DNA from: Paraspadella gotoi
Lineage: Eukaryota; Animalia; Chaetognatha
Assembly (NCBI GenBank): GCA_051294375.1
Contig: CM119267.1
Coordinates: 8,274,258 to 8,338,257 of the forward strand
DNA length: 64,000 nucleotides
Direction of reading: 5' to 3'
Shown here in pieces: positions 1 through 11,060 of this stretch. The position numbers were made by a program, and so were the translations under genes. Numbering within the stretch: position 1 is the first letter of the stretch; each line of letters starts with the position of its first letter. The notes below the pieces were generated by a model, which made no database searches, was not told the DNA's origin, and saw nothing but the letters and a program-made list of their open reading frames with translations.

Positions 1-709
1 AGATTTTTCGACGAGAAGTGAAAAGAAACTGAACAAAATCGCGAAAGGAAGAAGTTGAAGATGTTGAAGACGGTTGAGAACCCTTTGTCGGAAATCGAAA
101 GTGGCCGAAAAAGAATGGAATGGAACGACTCGGGGTTTTATACTGCGCCCAGTGGCGGCAGAATGCGCGACGGCGGCGGAGAACGCTGCCGAGGCGATGA
201 GCGCGACAATCGCCCGAGCACTGCAGCGTGAATTTCAACGTTTTTCTATCAGCGCTGAATTCAGTACTGCGATCATAATAACGGTATAACCCCGCCAACT
301 CAAACACTCCCACGTGCCGGCACGCGTTCCATCAAAAGGATAAAAAACCAAATTTACCGCTCATTTAGCCGCGCATGCGCAGGCATCGACAGTAAATTCC
401 ATGTGAAATTCAGCGCTGCAATAGTGAGCGCAGTACTGCGGAAACGCCTTGTATCGTTTCGAAAGTGAAAAACAGGAAATGCTTTCAAGAATTTGTTTTT
501 TTTAATTAATCTTAAGTACTTTAAGAAATATTTCTGAGATAAATTAGATGAGCCTCAATTCAGACAATTTTAATCAAATTCCTTTCAACTATTAAATTAT
601 TCTTCGATTTTTATTAATATACTGACTGACCTACCGAAGTTGAAAAATATTGGGTTTTTTTTTCCTCCCACCAAATTCCCCCTCAATATCAATCATTTTT
701 CCACAAAAG
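1..709 (+). repeat. Near-identical copy of 7482-8189 ending at a 25-N gap (redundant haplotype or assembly duplicate)
   Basis: Starts agatttttcgacg and ends aatcatttt(c)cacaaaag in both places. ORF 74..289 matches ORF 7537..7770 apart from indels. Confidence 0.95.
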
Positions 710-1380
710 NNNNNNNNNNNNNNNNNNNNNNNNNAGTCGAAATTCACTGGTTGTCGTTCAGGCTTATATGCAAATGTTATTTAAATTAATCTACCGAAAA
801 AAAAGTAATAAGTCGTTTGCGTCAAGGACTCCTGATTATTAAAATTCCATTTCCCGGATAACAGCAAAGGAAAAAAAAAATAATAATAAAATTCAAGAAG
901 CTTAAATGAACTATTTTTCCTACTCCAATTTCGCGAGACACTTCGCATAATATCGACAATTAGTACATAAGGAGTTGAGGTCTATACAGTATACAGTTGC
1001 CTAAAAGACTTAAGTTATTCCGGCAAGAAATCATATTGAATCTAGTTTTGTTTTTTTATGCAAGAATTTTAATATGAGAATCAGAAAGGAGTAAATTTAG
1101 AAAAAAATTTGAAAAATTGAAAAAGTGAAGAGAAAAGTTACGAATTCACACGTTCGCTTAAATTAGTTCTCAGCTTCCTTTCGCCAACAGCACGTTAAAA
1201 CAAACAACGGAAATGCTGACCAACTTTTGTACGCAAACCCGTAATAAAAAAAATCGTTTTATTTTCATTTATTTTACTGTTACATTATTAAGGTTGGAAC
1301 ACAAACAGCGCATATTCGAAATATGTAGTTAATAGATTTGTAGTATAGATATACATATATCTCGGGCATTTATTTCGGAA

Positions 1381-1590
1381 GGGCAAAATTTATTTTCGCC
1401 GACCGGGGTTTTTGGGTTCTTTTGAAAAATCATTTAAAAATATTTACTTTAATAAAATTTATTACCGAATTATCCTAACCCTAAACCCTCTTAAACCTAA
1501 CTACCCCTACCTGAAACCAATCTTAAACCACCCTTGACCCTAACCCCTAAACCCTAAGCCCTAAACCGGTCGGCGAAAGTAAAATTACCC
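1381..1590. mobile_element. MITE-like element with imperfect terminal inverted repeats of about 25 bp and an internal degenerate telomere-like (CCCTAA/CCCTAAA)n tract
   Basis: Left end gggcaaaatttattttcgccgaccgg (from 1381). The right end read on the minus strand is gggtaattttactttcgccgaccgg (to 1590). Interior 1474-1567 reads cctaaccctaaaccc...accctaacccctaaaccctaagccctaaacc. Confidence 0.6.
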
Positions 1591-1681
1591 AAAAAGCCCA
1601 TATACATGCAATACATACAATAAATAAACAAACAAAATTCTCGCCATTTTTGTACATCAAAATTTTGAAAACAAGCCATAC

Positions 1682-1830
1682 CTGAGAAATTGCTGAAGAC
1701 ACGAGTCACAGAAAGCATGACCGCAAGACGTGATCTTGACCGCATCTTTCATTGAGGCAACGAGCGAGACGGGCACGTCAGGGCGGAAGGAACGCCGCCC
1801 AATGCTTCCACGCCCCGCGTGACCGGGCAT
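1682..1830 (-). CDS. TRAF4: First coding exon of a TRAF4-like RING-finger protein (frameshifted as assembled; downstream exons not found in the window)
   Basis: Reads MPGH...MKDAVKITSCGHAFCDSCLQQFL then AG|gtatgg, resembling vertebrate TRAF4 MPG...MREPVQVSTCGHRFCDTCLQEFLS. The missing first Cys pair (LTCP) lies in an adjacent frame. Confidence 0.7.
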
Positions 1831-2550
1831 GTCCCTAAGACTTTGCGCCGAGTCGAGATCGAACAATTTTTGATAATTTTTTTTTTTGTGTGTATTTCTG
1901 TTTTTCTCGAAATTAACTCATTTTGGGTCTCATTTCTTTCAATTGTCAGCCTCGTTCATTTAATTGTTTGAAAAAATTCTTATTTTTCTCTTTTAATTAT
2001 TTCTTTTGTCTCATCAAACTTGTTTTCCGGGAATGATTCATCGGACAACTGCGTTAGAATTCCAATCCGAGAATTTTTTTTTTCCAAATTAAGGAACGAA
2101 AAAAACACTTCTCGCTGAGCCGAGGAGAATGAGGAGAGGGAGAGGAGGAGGAGGAGGAGCGGAGGAAAAGAAGTTCGACGACGACGACCGACGACGGTAA
2201 GGACCGCGAGGAGCGAATGTTCGGAAATTTGGCACAATTGTTGAGATGAAGAAAGATAGAGAGAGATGGAACGAGTTTACTTTTAATTTTCGCAACAACA
2301 TTCAGCCTTCAGGCAAATCTTTGAAATTCCCGAGTCAAATCTGGTTAAGAAAATGGTTCAACCACTTAAGGTCGTAAGAGACAAAGTAAACAAATAAAAT
2401 ATAAACTTACTGAAATAATTACTACAAATATGCCTTCAAAATATATTCAATATACACCTCATTGTAATTTATTGTTGCTAAAAAATTAGATATCACTTAA
2501 GTTAAGTTGCTTTCAAAGTTTCAAAAAACTCCGTTCTAATACTTAAGGGA

Positions 2551-2804
2551 GTGGTCTTTTCATACAATTGAAACATTCTTTGAAACATTACACTACTTCA
2601 TTGATAGGAAAGCCAGGTACTCTGGGAGTGAATAAACGAGACTGTGAGAAAGTCTTGATTGAAAGCTTGCAGGGATCTGCTTTGTCATATCTTGTAAAGA
2701 AGTGATGGAGGCCTTAAACCACCAGAGCCTGTCCAAAGTCAGGGGCAAGATAGTTGTTTATTAAATGAATGGATAATTTTTATATTGGTTGTACCAATTT
2801 CATA
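2551..2804 (+). repeat. Interspersed repeat family of about 250 bp, most complete copy
   Basis: Core catacaattgaaac...gggagtgaataaacgagactg...tcttgattgaaagctt...gcctgtccaaagtcagg...ttaaatgaatggataat recurs at about 4891-5050, 5622-5670, 6939-7081 and 22912-23092 (+) and 11494-11695 and 13462-13666 (-). Confidence 0.85.
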
Positions 2805-3288
2805 CGTAAGCTCGTCTTCCGAGGTTCGAAGCTAACACTTTTGTTTCAATGATGGCTGTTTTAGCTGTTATTGTGTAAGAGGGCTCTCGCGACAGAAGTA
2901 TTTCTTACAAAACAAAAAGTTCGCACGGAAAACATAAAAGACAAAAATTATTGATGTATAATAAATCATTGTTTTAAACAAAAATTATATATATAAATAC
3001 ATGCAAAATTTTTATAAAATGTTTTTGTACTTTAGTAGGTTAAAAGAGGATCTGAAGAGGACCCAAGAGACTGGGCAAATGAGTTTAAATAATGATCGTC
3101 CGTAGAAAACAAACAAATATGTAAATAAATAATTCTCACGTGCAAATCTAGGAATAAAATTTGACAATAATTAATGACGACGTTTTCCGCGTTTTTAAGG
3201 ATCGTGCACGTCGGTCGACGGAGACGCGGTCCGCTCTCCAAGCAAATCCTGGAAAAATTAACGAAAAATCGTTGCAAATGAGCATACA

Positions 3289-3333
3289 GGGCACACTGGG
3301 CACACTGGCACACTGGGCAGTGGGCACTCTGGG
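3289..3333 (+). repeat. Short tandem repeat of a 9-10 bp unit (gggcacact), about 4.5 copies
   Basis: gggcacactgggcacactggcacactgggcagtgggcactctggg. Confidence 0.8.
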
Positions 3334-3399
3334 TTAATTACTATAGCGATTCTATAGGATTCTGTCTCGGGTTTAAATTTGTTAGAAATCGATTTTTTT

Positions 3400-4454
3400 T
3401 TAATTTCCCGAGAATAAAAAAAACCAAAAAAATTTTTTTCTCAGAAAATTAGAAATCGCGTTGGAAACCTCAAAGCTGCATTCCGGTCCATGCACAAACG
3501 AAAGTTGATCATCACCACCTTCGATAGTCTTGCGGATGTATGCCAGGTTTTCCCAATGGATCCAAGCCAATCTCGCCGTCAAGTCGGAGGTGTTCCAAAC
3601 TCGTTCCCTTGCCTTTGAATCCCTGGCGCCAACATTTTTCTAGAAACTCCAGTGGGTCGGAACCTTATAGAAAATCATGGCTGCCGCATGAGGTTGTAAT
3701 TTGTTGTTTTTTTTAAACACCCTCTTTTTATTAATGGCACCGTTAATCCTAAAGCTACTAATATCTTTTAGCAGAAATTCTTCTTTATTTCCTACTTCTT
3801 TTATTCCATATCAAGGTCACAAGCTTTTCGACTTACAATCAATAATTTTTTTTAATCTCACTTGTCTCTTAAACTTTTTCAGAGCATAAATCTGATTAAC
3901 TTGCCACGAACTCGTGAGCAAGATAGCAATTTTAAAACGGATCATATTCGTTACGCAAACCATCAAAATTTATACGTACATAACTACATTAAAGGTTTTA
4001 AATTTTTTTGGTACAAAAACCGAATAGCACCGAAGGTCACTGTCATTTTTCTTACCCGAATCAAGGATGCTTGCAAAAGTCCGATGTAAGCGACGGCGAG
4101 TCTGAAGAGTATCGATCTTGGAGAGTCGTTTTTCGTAGGGGAAGCTCGGAACACGCGTTGACGAAGCTCTTCAAAGGCCGCGTTGATGCTAGGCATCCGC
4201 CTTCGCTCGCGGATGTTTGCCGCATTACGCTGCACTCTGGAAGGAAAGGAAAAGTTTTTTCTCTTCAGACCTGCCTAGAGTGACGCGTTTATCTATAACA
4301 TGGAAAAGTATGTTTTAAATCTTAAAATCTTAACTTCACATATATGTAGACATACTGACTTTGGAACGTATGTCGTCATGGAAACGTGAGCGTAGTCGGT
4401 GACTGCGCGACTCTGGTCCAGATTCACCACACCCAAATCCATCGTTGGCGCCAT
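3400..4454 (-). CDS. Fer2: Fer2 (48-related 2, PTF1 family) bHLH transcription factor; multi-exon, several indels as assembled
   Basis: Exon 4056-4236 reads VQRNAANIRERRRMPSINAAFEELRQRV, then PSFPYEKRLSKIDTL in a shifted frame, then RLAVAYIGLL. The exon starting at 3663 reads SDPLEFLEKCW...WNTSDLTARLAWIHWENL, the Fer2 C-terminal motif. The 5' exons (about 4355-4454, possibly also about 4765-4815) are uncertain. Confidence 0.85.
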
Positions 4455-5098
4455 CTGTGATTTTACATTCAGTCTAAATAAAATTGATTCCATTCCACCG
4501 CTGGATATTTTAATATTGAGATTTACTAGCTTAGTTTACTTTTTATGATCAGTGACTATACAATATACATATTTTACTACTCTTATTTAATAATTAAAAG
4601 GATTTCCAGACCTACTCCGTTAGGAGTTTCATTGGTTTTTGTAACTCCGACATTCCGACAACTACTTGTAATTCCAAGTCGATACTTGTCAGTGTAAGTA
4701 TTGTTTTTTTTTTTCAAAATTACCAGAAAAAATTTTGTCATAATTCTCAGACGATTTAACTCACTTGAGGAAGCCGAGCACCGATCGTCGTCTTTTGCGT
4801 CGTGATGATTTTCATCGGTTTTGGAAACCGGAAATTTTCCACAGGTCGCAAATCCTTTGAGTAAATTAGGTAAATTATTTACATAGCCATAATAAACTAG
4901 ACTGTGAGAGAGTCTTGATTGAAAGTTTACAAGGCCTTGCTACGTTAATATCTCGTAACAGGGAAGCAGATGTCCAACATAGTCTGTCCAAAGTCAGGGC
5001 CAAGAATGAATGAATAATTTTTTTTTATATTTGATTTTACAAATTTCATATTATCATTTACTAATAATACGTTTGTTTTACTATTTTAAGAGAGCTAT

Positions 5099-7449
5099 CT
5101 AATTATAAATGTCCTCACGACCTTCATTTCTTCCGTTTTTCCTCCTCCTCCTCCTTTCCATATGTTCTAACCTTTCCTCTTCCTCTTTCCGTCCTCCTCC
5201 GTTTTGCCGTTGATCAGCGTCGTTCTTGCCGCCGTCGCCGCCATCGTCGCCGTCGTCGTCGCGCAGCCGTCCGCTGTCATCAAGGAATGCGGCGTCGCTG
5301 AGTCGTAACGGTTTTGTAGCTGCTGCTGCGGTTGCGACTTGGCGCCTGCGTCTGACAGATGCGGCGCCGGTTCTGAGAGAATGGGTGAAGATGGAGCCAA
5401 CGTTGCGAAGCCCGCCGCCGCCACCGCAGCCGCCGGATCTGGCGTTGATGTTTTTGCCGCCTCCCGTCGTCGTCAACGAATGCGCCCCAAGCTGGCAAAA
5501 AAATGGCGCGATCTTCCTCCGAGTCGAACTGGACATTCTGAATATGGTGAAGAAACAGAATTTCAGGGTTACCATCTCTTCCTAATGGAAAATCACATGG
5601 ATCACAGATCATAGATCGCATAGCCTGTTCAAAGTCCCGGGCAAGCTAGTAGCTTATTTATTAATGAATGAAAAATAATGAAGTTTATTACTTCTAAAAA
5701 TATTCACAAATACAGTAATATAAAAAATAATAGTTAGAACTAAAATATATTGTACTAAGTTAAAAATGTTTTTCTCTTACAAAATTATTACTTTAATGAA
5801 ATTAAAATCTACATTTCTGATATCTCGAAAAATTTAGTGAAACAAGTAATTTTGTAACTTTCATAATGTATGGCTGTGGGTAAGCATAATGTGAAGCGTA
5901 AGTTTTGGTCGCTGATTCGAAAAGTATATTTTCTTGTTTGTGTTTTTTTTTTTTGAGAGAGAAAACTTTTGTTTGGTTTTATTCAATTTTATACTTTGTT
6001 CCGTTTTTTAATTTCACATATTACCCGTCCTCACCTGTCCGAAACCGATCTGTTGAAAGTGTTGTTGGATGCTCATTTTGTTCGTGAGCGATGCTCATCG
6101 CTCCTCTTAGTCCCGAAGTCTCCGGCGCCGTCAACCGATTCTCGTCCTCGTGGAACGCCGCTTCGACCGTCCCTTTCCGGCGTCGCGGGCGTCGCCGTGA
6201 CGATCGACGTCGCCCGAGAAAGCGAGGTGGGATGCGTGATGGTCGTAATCGAAGTCCGGGTTGTGGAGGGCGAGGGAGCGTTTGTGGTGGAGGAGGTTGT
6301 GGTGGGCGTGGTGAGGTTGGGCGAGAGAATTCGCCGAATCTTTGAAAACCCGGATGTGGGTGAAGGGCGATGGGAAATTCCTGGTGGATCGATCGTCGGT
6401 CGGTGAAATTATAATTTGTGAGTCGGAACAACAAATGGGATGAATTCTACGAGCTTTTAACCATTTGTTTGGAGGAGATAGTCTTTCATATCTTTTCAAT
6501 GTTTACTGTTTACTGTCATTTTGACTGTCCCTATCTTTTTTTTTTTTCATGGAAATGAAAAAGTAGCGGAAGTCACATTGCTTGCTTTGAATTAAAAAAA
6601 AAAAGGAGAAGCGGACCGTCTCACTAAAATGTTCAAATGTGCATTTTTTAAAAAAATGTCATTCATATTTGACTGTTTTTTTTTATTTAGTACTTTAATA
6701 GCTTTCCTCTCTAGTCTCTCCTCCGTCTCCATCTCACCATATTTTGAACGCCAGGATAAAACTGCATTCCTTCCTCTTCTTCGCTTTCCGTCTCTTCGCC
6801 GTCTCCATCCTCGATGAACTGTGAACCGTTGTCTGAAATGTCAGAAAAAATATCCTTATTAATTAAGAGTCAAAGAATAACAAAAGAAAAATTATTAATT
6901 AAGAAAAAATCCTAAGGCTGCAGAAAATGATATAAGGCAGTGGCCTTTCATAACAATTGAAACTTTCTTTGAAATATTAAATATTATTTTATAATATATT
7001 TGGGAGTGAATAAACAGGACTGAGAGATTCTTGATTGAAAGCTTATTTATTAAATGACTGGATAATCTTCATATTGGTTGTCCAACTTTAAATCGAAAAG
7101 TTTAAGAAATTTATTTCTTATAGACACGCATACATTATTCGAACCACTAATTTTCAGTTCAACTATGCAATTAATGCGATTAAACTATTAGTTAAAAATA
7201 TTTAATGAATTTAAATAGGTAAAATTTAAAAGAAAAAAAACGAAAATGCTAAAAAGGAAACGCGAGTACAAAAAACTTTTTTTGCAATCACCTGTCCTCT
7301 TAATCGGCGCCTGTCGATGCTGAAGAAGGTGTGCCCGTTCGTCGAAATCCTCATCGACGACGGTGGCGGACGCGGCGCCGATGAACTGCGCAGGAACTCC
7401 GCCTCCGACGAAGAAGCGGCGAGTCCCCGGACCCTCCGGCGGTCGCCAT
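5099..7449 (-). CDS. Unidentified low-complexity protein, probably 4 exons (7292-7449, 6738-6832, 6025/6035-6380, 5099-5537); reading frame uncertain
   Basis: Four GC-rich islands bounded by canonical ag/gt sites. Exons 1 and 2 join in phase as ...VVDEDFDERAHLLQHRQAPIKRT-DNGSQFIEDGDGEETESEEEEGMQFYPGVQNM. The ATG at 7449 needs one indel correction to enter that frame. Confidence 0.45.
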
Positions 7450-7729
7450 AGCAACCGCGGCCCTCCGAATCCTGAACCAGTAGATTTTTCGACGAAGAAG
7501 TGAAAAGAAACTGAACAAAATCGCGAGCGGAAGAAGTTGAAGATGTTGAAGACGGTTGAGAACCCTTTGTCGGAAATCGAAAGTGGCCGAAAAAGAATGG
7601 AATGGAACGACTCGGGGTTTTATACTGCCCCAGTGGCGGCAGAATGCGCGACGGCGGCGGAGAAAGCTGCCGAGGCGATGAGCGCGACAATCGCCCGAGC
7701 ACTGCAGCGTGAATTTCAACGTTTTTCTA

Positions 7730-7925
7730 TCAGCGCTGAATTCAGTACTGCGATCATAATAACGGTATAACCCCGCCAACTCCAAAACACTCCACGTGCC
7801 GGCACGCGTTCCTTCAAAAGGATAAAAAAACCAAATTTACCGCTCATTTAGCCGCGCATGCGCAGGCATCGACAGTAAATTCCATGTGAAATTCAGCGCT
7901 GCAATAATGAGCGCAGTACTGCGGA
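7730..7925. promoter_or_regulatory. Candidate promoter with an NRF1/Ewg-type palindrome, an E-box and clustered 8-bp palindromes
   Basis: gcgcatgcgc at 7854-7863, cacgtg near 7793, and cagcgctg and cagtactg each twice. Lies just upstream of the minus-strand gene. Confidence 0.4.
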
Positions 7926-9211
7926 AACGCCTTGTATCGTTTCGAAAGTGAAAAACAGGAAATGCTTTCTAGAATTTGGTTTTTTTAATTAATCTTAAGT
8001 ACTTTAAGAAATATTTCTGAGTATAATTAGATGAGCCTCAATTCAGACAATTTTAATCAAATTCCATTCAACTATTAAATTATTCTTCGATTTTTATTAA
8101 TATACTGACTGACCTACGCGAAGTTGAAAATATTGGTTTTTTTTTCCTCACCAAAATTCCCCCTCAATATCAATCATTTTTCACAAAAGAACAACTCGTC
8201 TTTCCGCGCTTCTTTCATTCGAAATCGTTCAATGTGTCCTCAATGGACGAGGCGCGTGGCGTTTGTTCAACAAGAAAAAGGTGGTCGTCTAATTCGCCTC
8301 GTGTGGGAAAGTTCCGTCGACGATGATGATGATGATGATGATGATTTTAGTTTTACATTGTCTTTTTCGAAATTGTGGTCGCGAATTTCGTTTACTTCCA
8401 AGTATGCAATTATTTATTTACTATCTATTACCCTCACTCTTTTTCTAGAGTTGAAAAATTAATTAAAGGTCTTTATCATATCGTAATGCGTATTCAATTA
8501 TCTTTTTTCTTTGCTTTTTCTCCACTTTACAAAAGTTTTTTTTGCCGATTCAACACTTCTTTTCATTGTTCTTCCAAACCACTTCTGTCTTCAATTCCCA
8601 CCCCAATGGCGCTTCCCCCTCTGCCCTTTCATCCCACGACTGGCTGCGACGTTTGCCCCGTTTTTTTTTCTTTCTCTCGCCACGAGGGGTCTTCTCACTG
8701 TGACTTGGTGACGCCGGAATGACGCGGGCGTGACGCGGCGCTACGGGCGTGGAAAACGAAAGGCGCGGGCAAACCTTGAAACGAAATCTTTTTCTTGGAA
8801 ATTTAAAATTAAAAAATGGAAATTTACACTTCCTTGTCCCTATAACTGTGCTGATTTAATTTTACAATCACACTGTCATTTTTTTTTATTTCATCCATCT
8901 AAATATAATTTAAAGGTTGTATGAAAATAATTTTAAATAAAGACAAGCAACGGATTCCACTTGAGACTTTTGTTTAAAACTAAAGATTCTTGGCCTCCTT
9001 TTCGGACCGCTCGAGGGCCCTGAAGCAGAGTCGGCGTGGGAAATTCGACCAACGTCTGCGGAGGCGTCGTTAGTTCGTCTAATACTAAATCATGAGGTCA
9101 TTTAACATAACGTAAAAAAAAACAAACAATTGGGCGAGGAACAATAAATTGTCTCCAAAAAAAAAAACGAAACCTACAACGCAGGTTCAAGTTTTCTTAT
9201 TCTCATTTAAA

Positions 9212-11060
9212 CTATGATCTAGCGTCATTTTTATCATCTTCCTCTTTCTTTTGTTCTTCATTTTCTTCAGCCTTTTGTTTAGCCTTTAGTTCGGCCGCCA
9301 GTTTCTTTTCTTCCTTCAATTTCTTCGCACGAGTCTCGCAACTGAAGAACTCTTCGGGGACGTCGTCCGCCCCGCTCAACGGTTCCATCACGTCGCGACA
9401 TCTGTAGGCGAGAAAACGAACAAGAAGTCGAGTTGAGGTTAAAATCAAGCAGTGAAAGACCAACCACACTTATTTTCACGGCTAAGATACATATTGAAGC
9501 CAATTTAACGAAAATGGTTAAAATTAAAGATGGTTTTTTGACTGACTTGTATTCAGCTTGTATAAAATCGAACCAGTCGTATCCAGTGCCACACATTTGC
9601 CACGCGTAACCGAACCTTCTGCCGAAAGGGTTGGCTTGGTCGTCTTCGGGGTTCGTCGCCGACGTGGACCGTCGCGCTCCTGAATAACGAATTTGCGTTT
9701 CGGACACGAAAAAAAAATCAANNNNNNNNNNAGACACTTACCAACTGTACAGGTCATTTTGGCGGGTAAGACCCAATCCTTACGTCCACCGCCGTCCCAT
9801 TCGTTGCAGAAGAAGGTAGGTCCAACGCTGTAGAAATCACTTTGGCTCGTTGGAAGATTGGGTCGCATGATTTGCTTGTGCATGAATTCGTACCTTGAGG
9901 TATTCATGACAATGCTCAATAATACCAGTAAAACAAACGGTACAGTTAATCAGTGCGCTCACGGAATGATGCAGTCGCCTTCGATGTACTGACAGGTCGG
10001 CTGAGTCTGCAACAAAAATAATTTTTTTTAACATTCACCCAGTTGATTAATTTTTTTTAAAAAATCTACTGACCATTGACCAGCCGTAATATACGTTCTT
10101 CAGATCGAGTACCCTGTGATACTTATATGCCCGGGTTGAGGGGCAGGCGAGGGTCAAGACCGGTGCTCCGACCGTCGACGTACACCTCAAGGGAGAAAAA
10201 TAAATACGTTGGTCAAAAATAGAGAAACTTTAGACAAGTGATGTGTGTAATACCTGGACATAACATAATTTTGATCCTCTGGACGGAAATAAAATATGAA
10301 AGAGTCGTCCTTGGGTGAGGATTTCGAAGAGTCGCGTTCCCTTCGTCACTCCATCTGAAAAGAAGGTCGGGATTTCAGTCTTAAAAAAACAATCTAAACG
10401 TTTTTATAATTAAATTTTAATTTTGAAAACCTGAGGAAGATGAATTTTTATCAAATACTACTTCAACTTCTACTTTTAAACCGTCGGTCCAGTTATCTCT
10501 CTTTCTACTTTCTGTAACACATCTCACCCTTTAATAATCACATTGAAGAATTTGATAAGTTTTCTCCTCTTAATTATTTACCTCTGCGGCCATTCCCCCG
10601 TCCATTCTATTTTCTTTTTGCTCCTCCTCGTTCGTTTACCATTAAAGTCTTCTTCTCCCTCTTCCTCTTCCTCTTCTTTTCTTTCCTCCGAAAATAAATG
10701 AGCGACATCTTCAGGCCAGACTTGGTCGTTTGAGAGCGGGAAGACACGGAGCTGATAGATAAAAAAAAAGTTTTTATTGTGATCAATATTATTTCAAATA
10801 TTTTTTCAAAAACAAAGGACCATGAAGCCAAGTTTGATCCCTGGATCGAAGCCAACGTGAGGCAAATACAATGTTCAGATGGTATCGGTTAATTCAAGCA
10901 TTTAAGATTTTTTTTCCTTTTTACAAAAAAACACGTTTTTTAATCTCCTTACGACTTCTGATGAATCCTGTTTGTATCTGATAACGTAGGAATTTGTAGA
11001 AAACGTGAGCAGCCAAAAAACCAATGCAAGAAAAGACGGCTTCTTCCCGAGTTTGAACAT
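9212..11060 (-). CDS. Uncharacterised secreted protein of about 340 aa, 8 exons (10953-11060, 10582-10751, 10254-10354, 10074-10185, 9963-10006, 9742-9914, 9547-9679, 9212-9401)
   Basis: All introns are GT-AG and phase-compatible; a 1-nt shortfall in exon 3 is restored in the duplicate at about 12227-12328. N-terminus MFKLGKKPSFLALVFWLLTFSTNS is signal-like, followed by an acidic stretch and RTRR, a Cys/Trp/Tyr-rich core and a K/E-rich tail. Confidence 0.75.

Noticed and set aside
1474-1567. True telomere or chromosome end
   Set aside because: Short, degenerate, internal to an intron and enclosed by inverted repeats.
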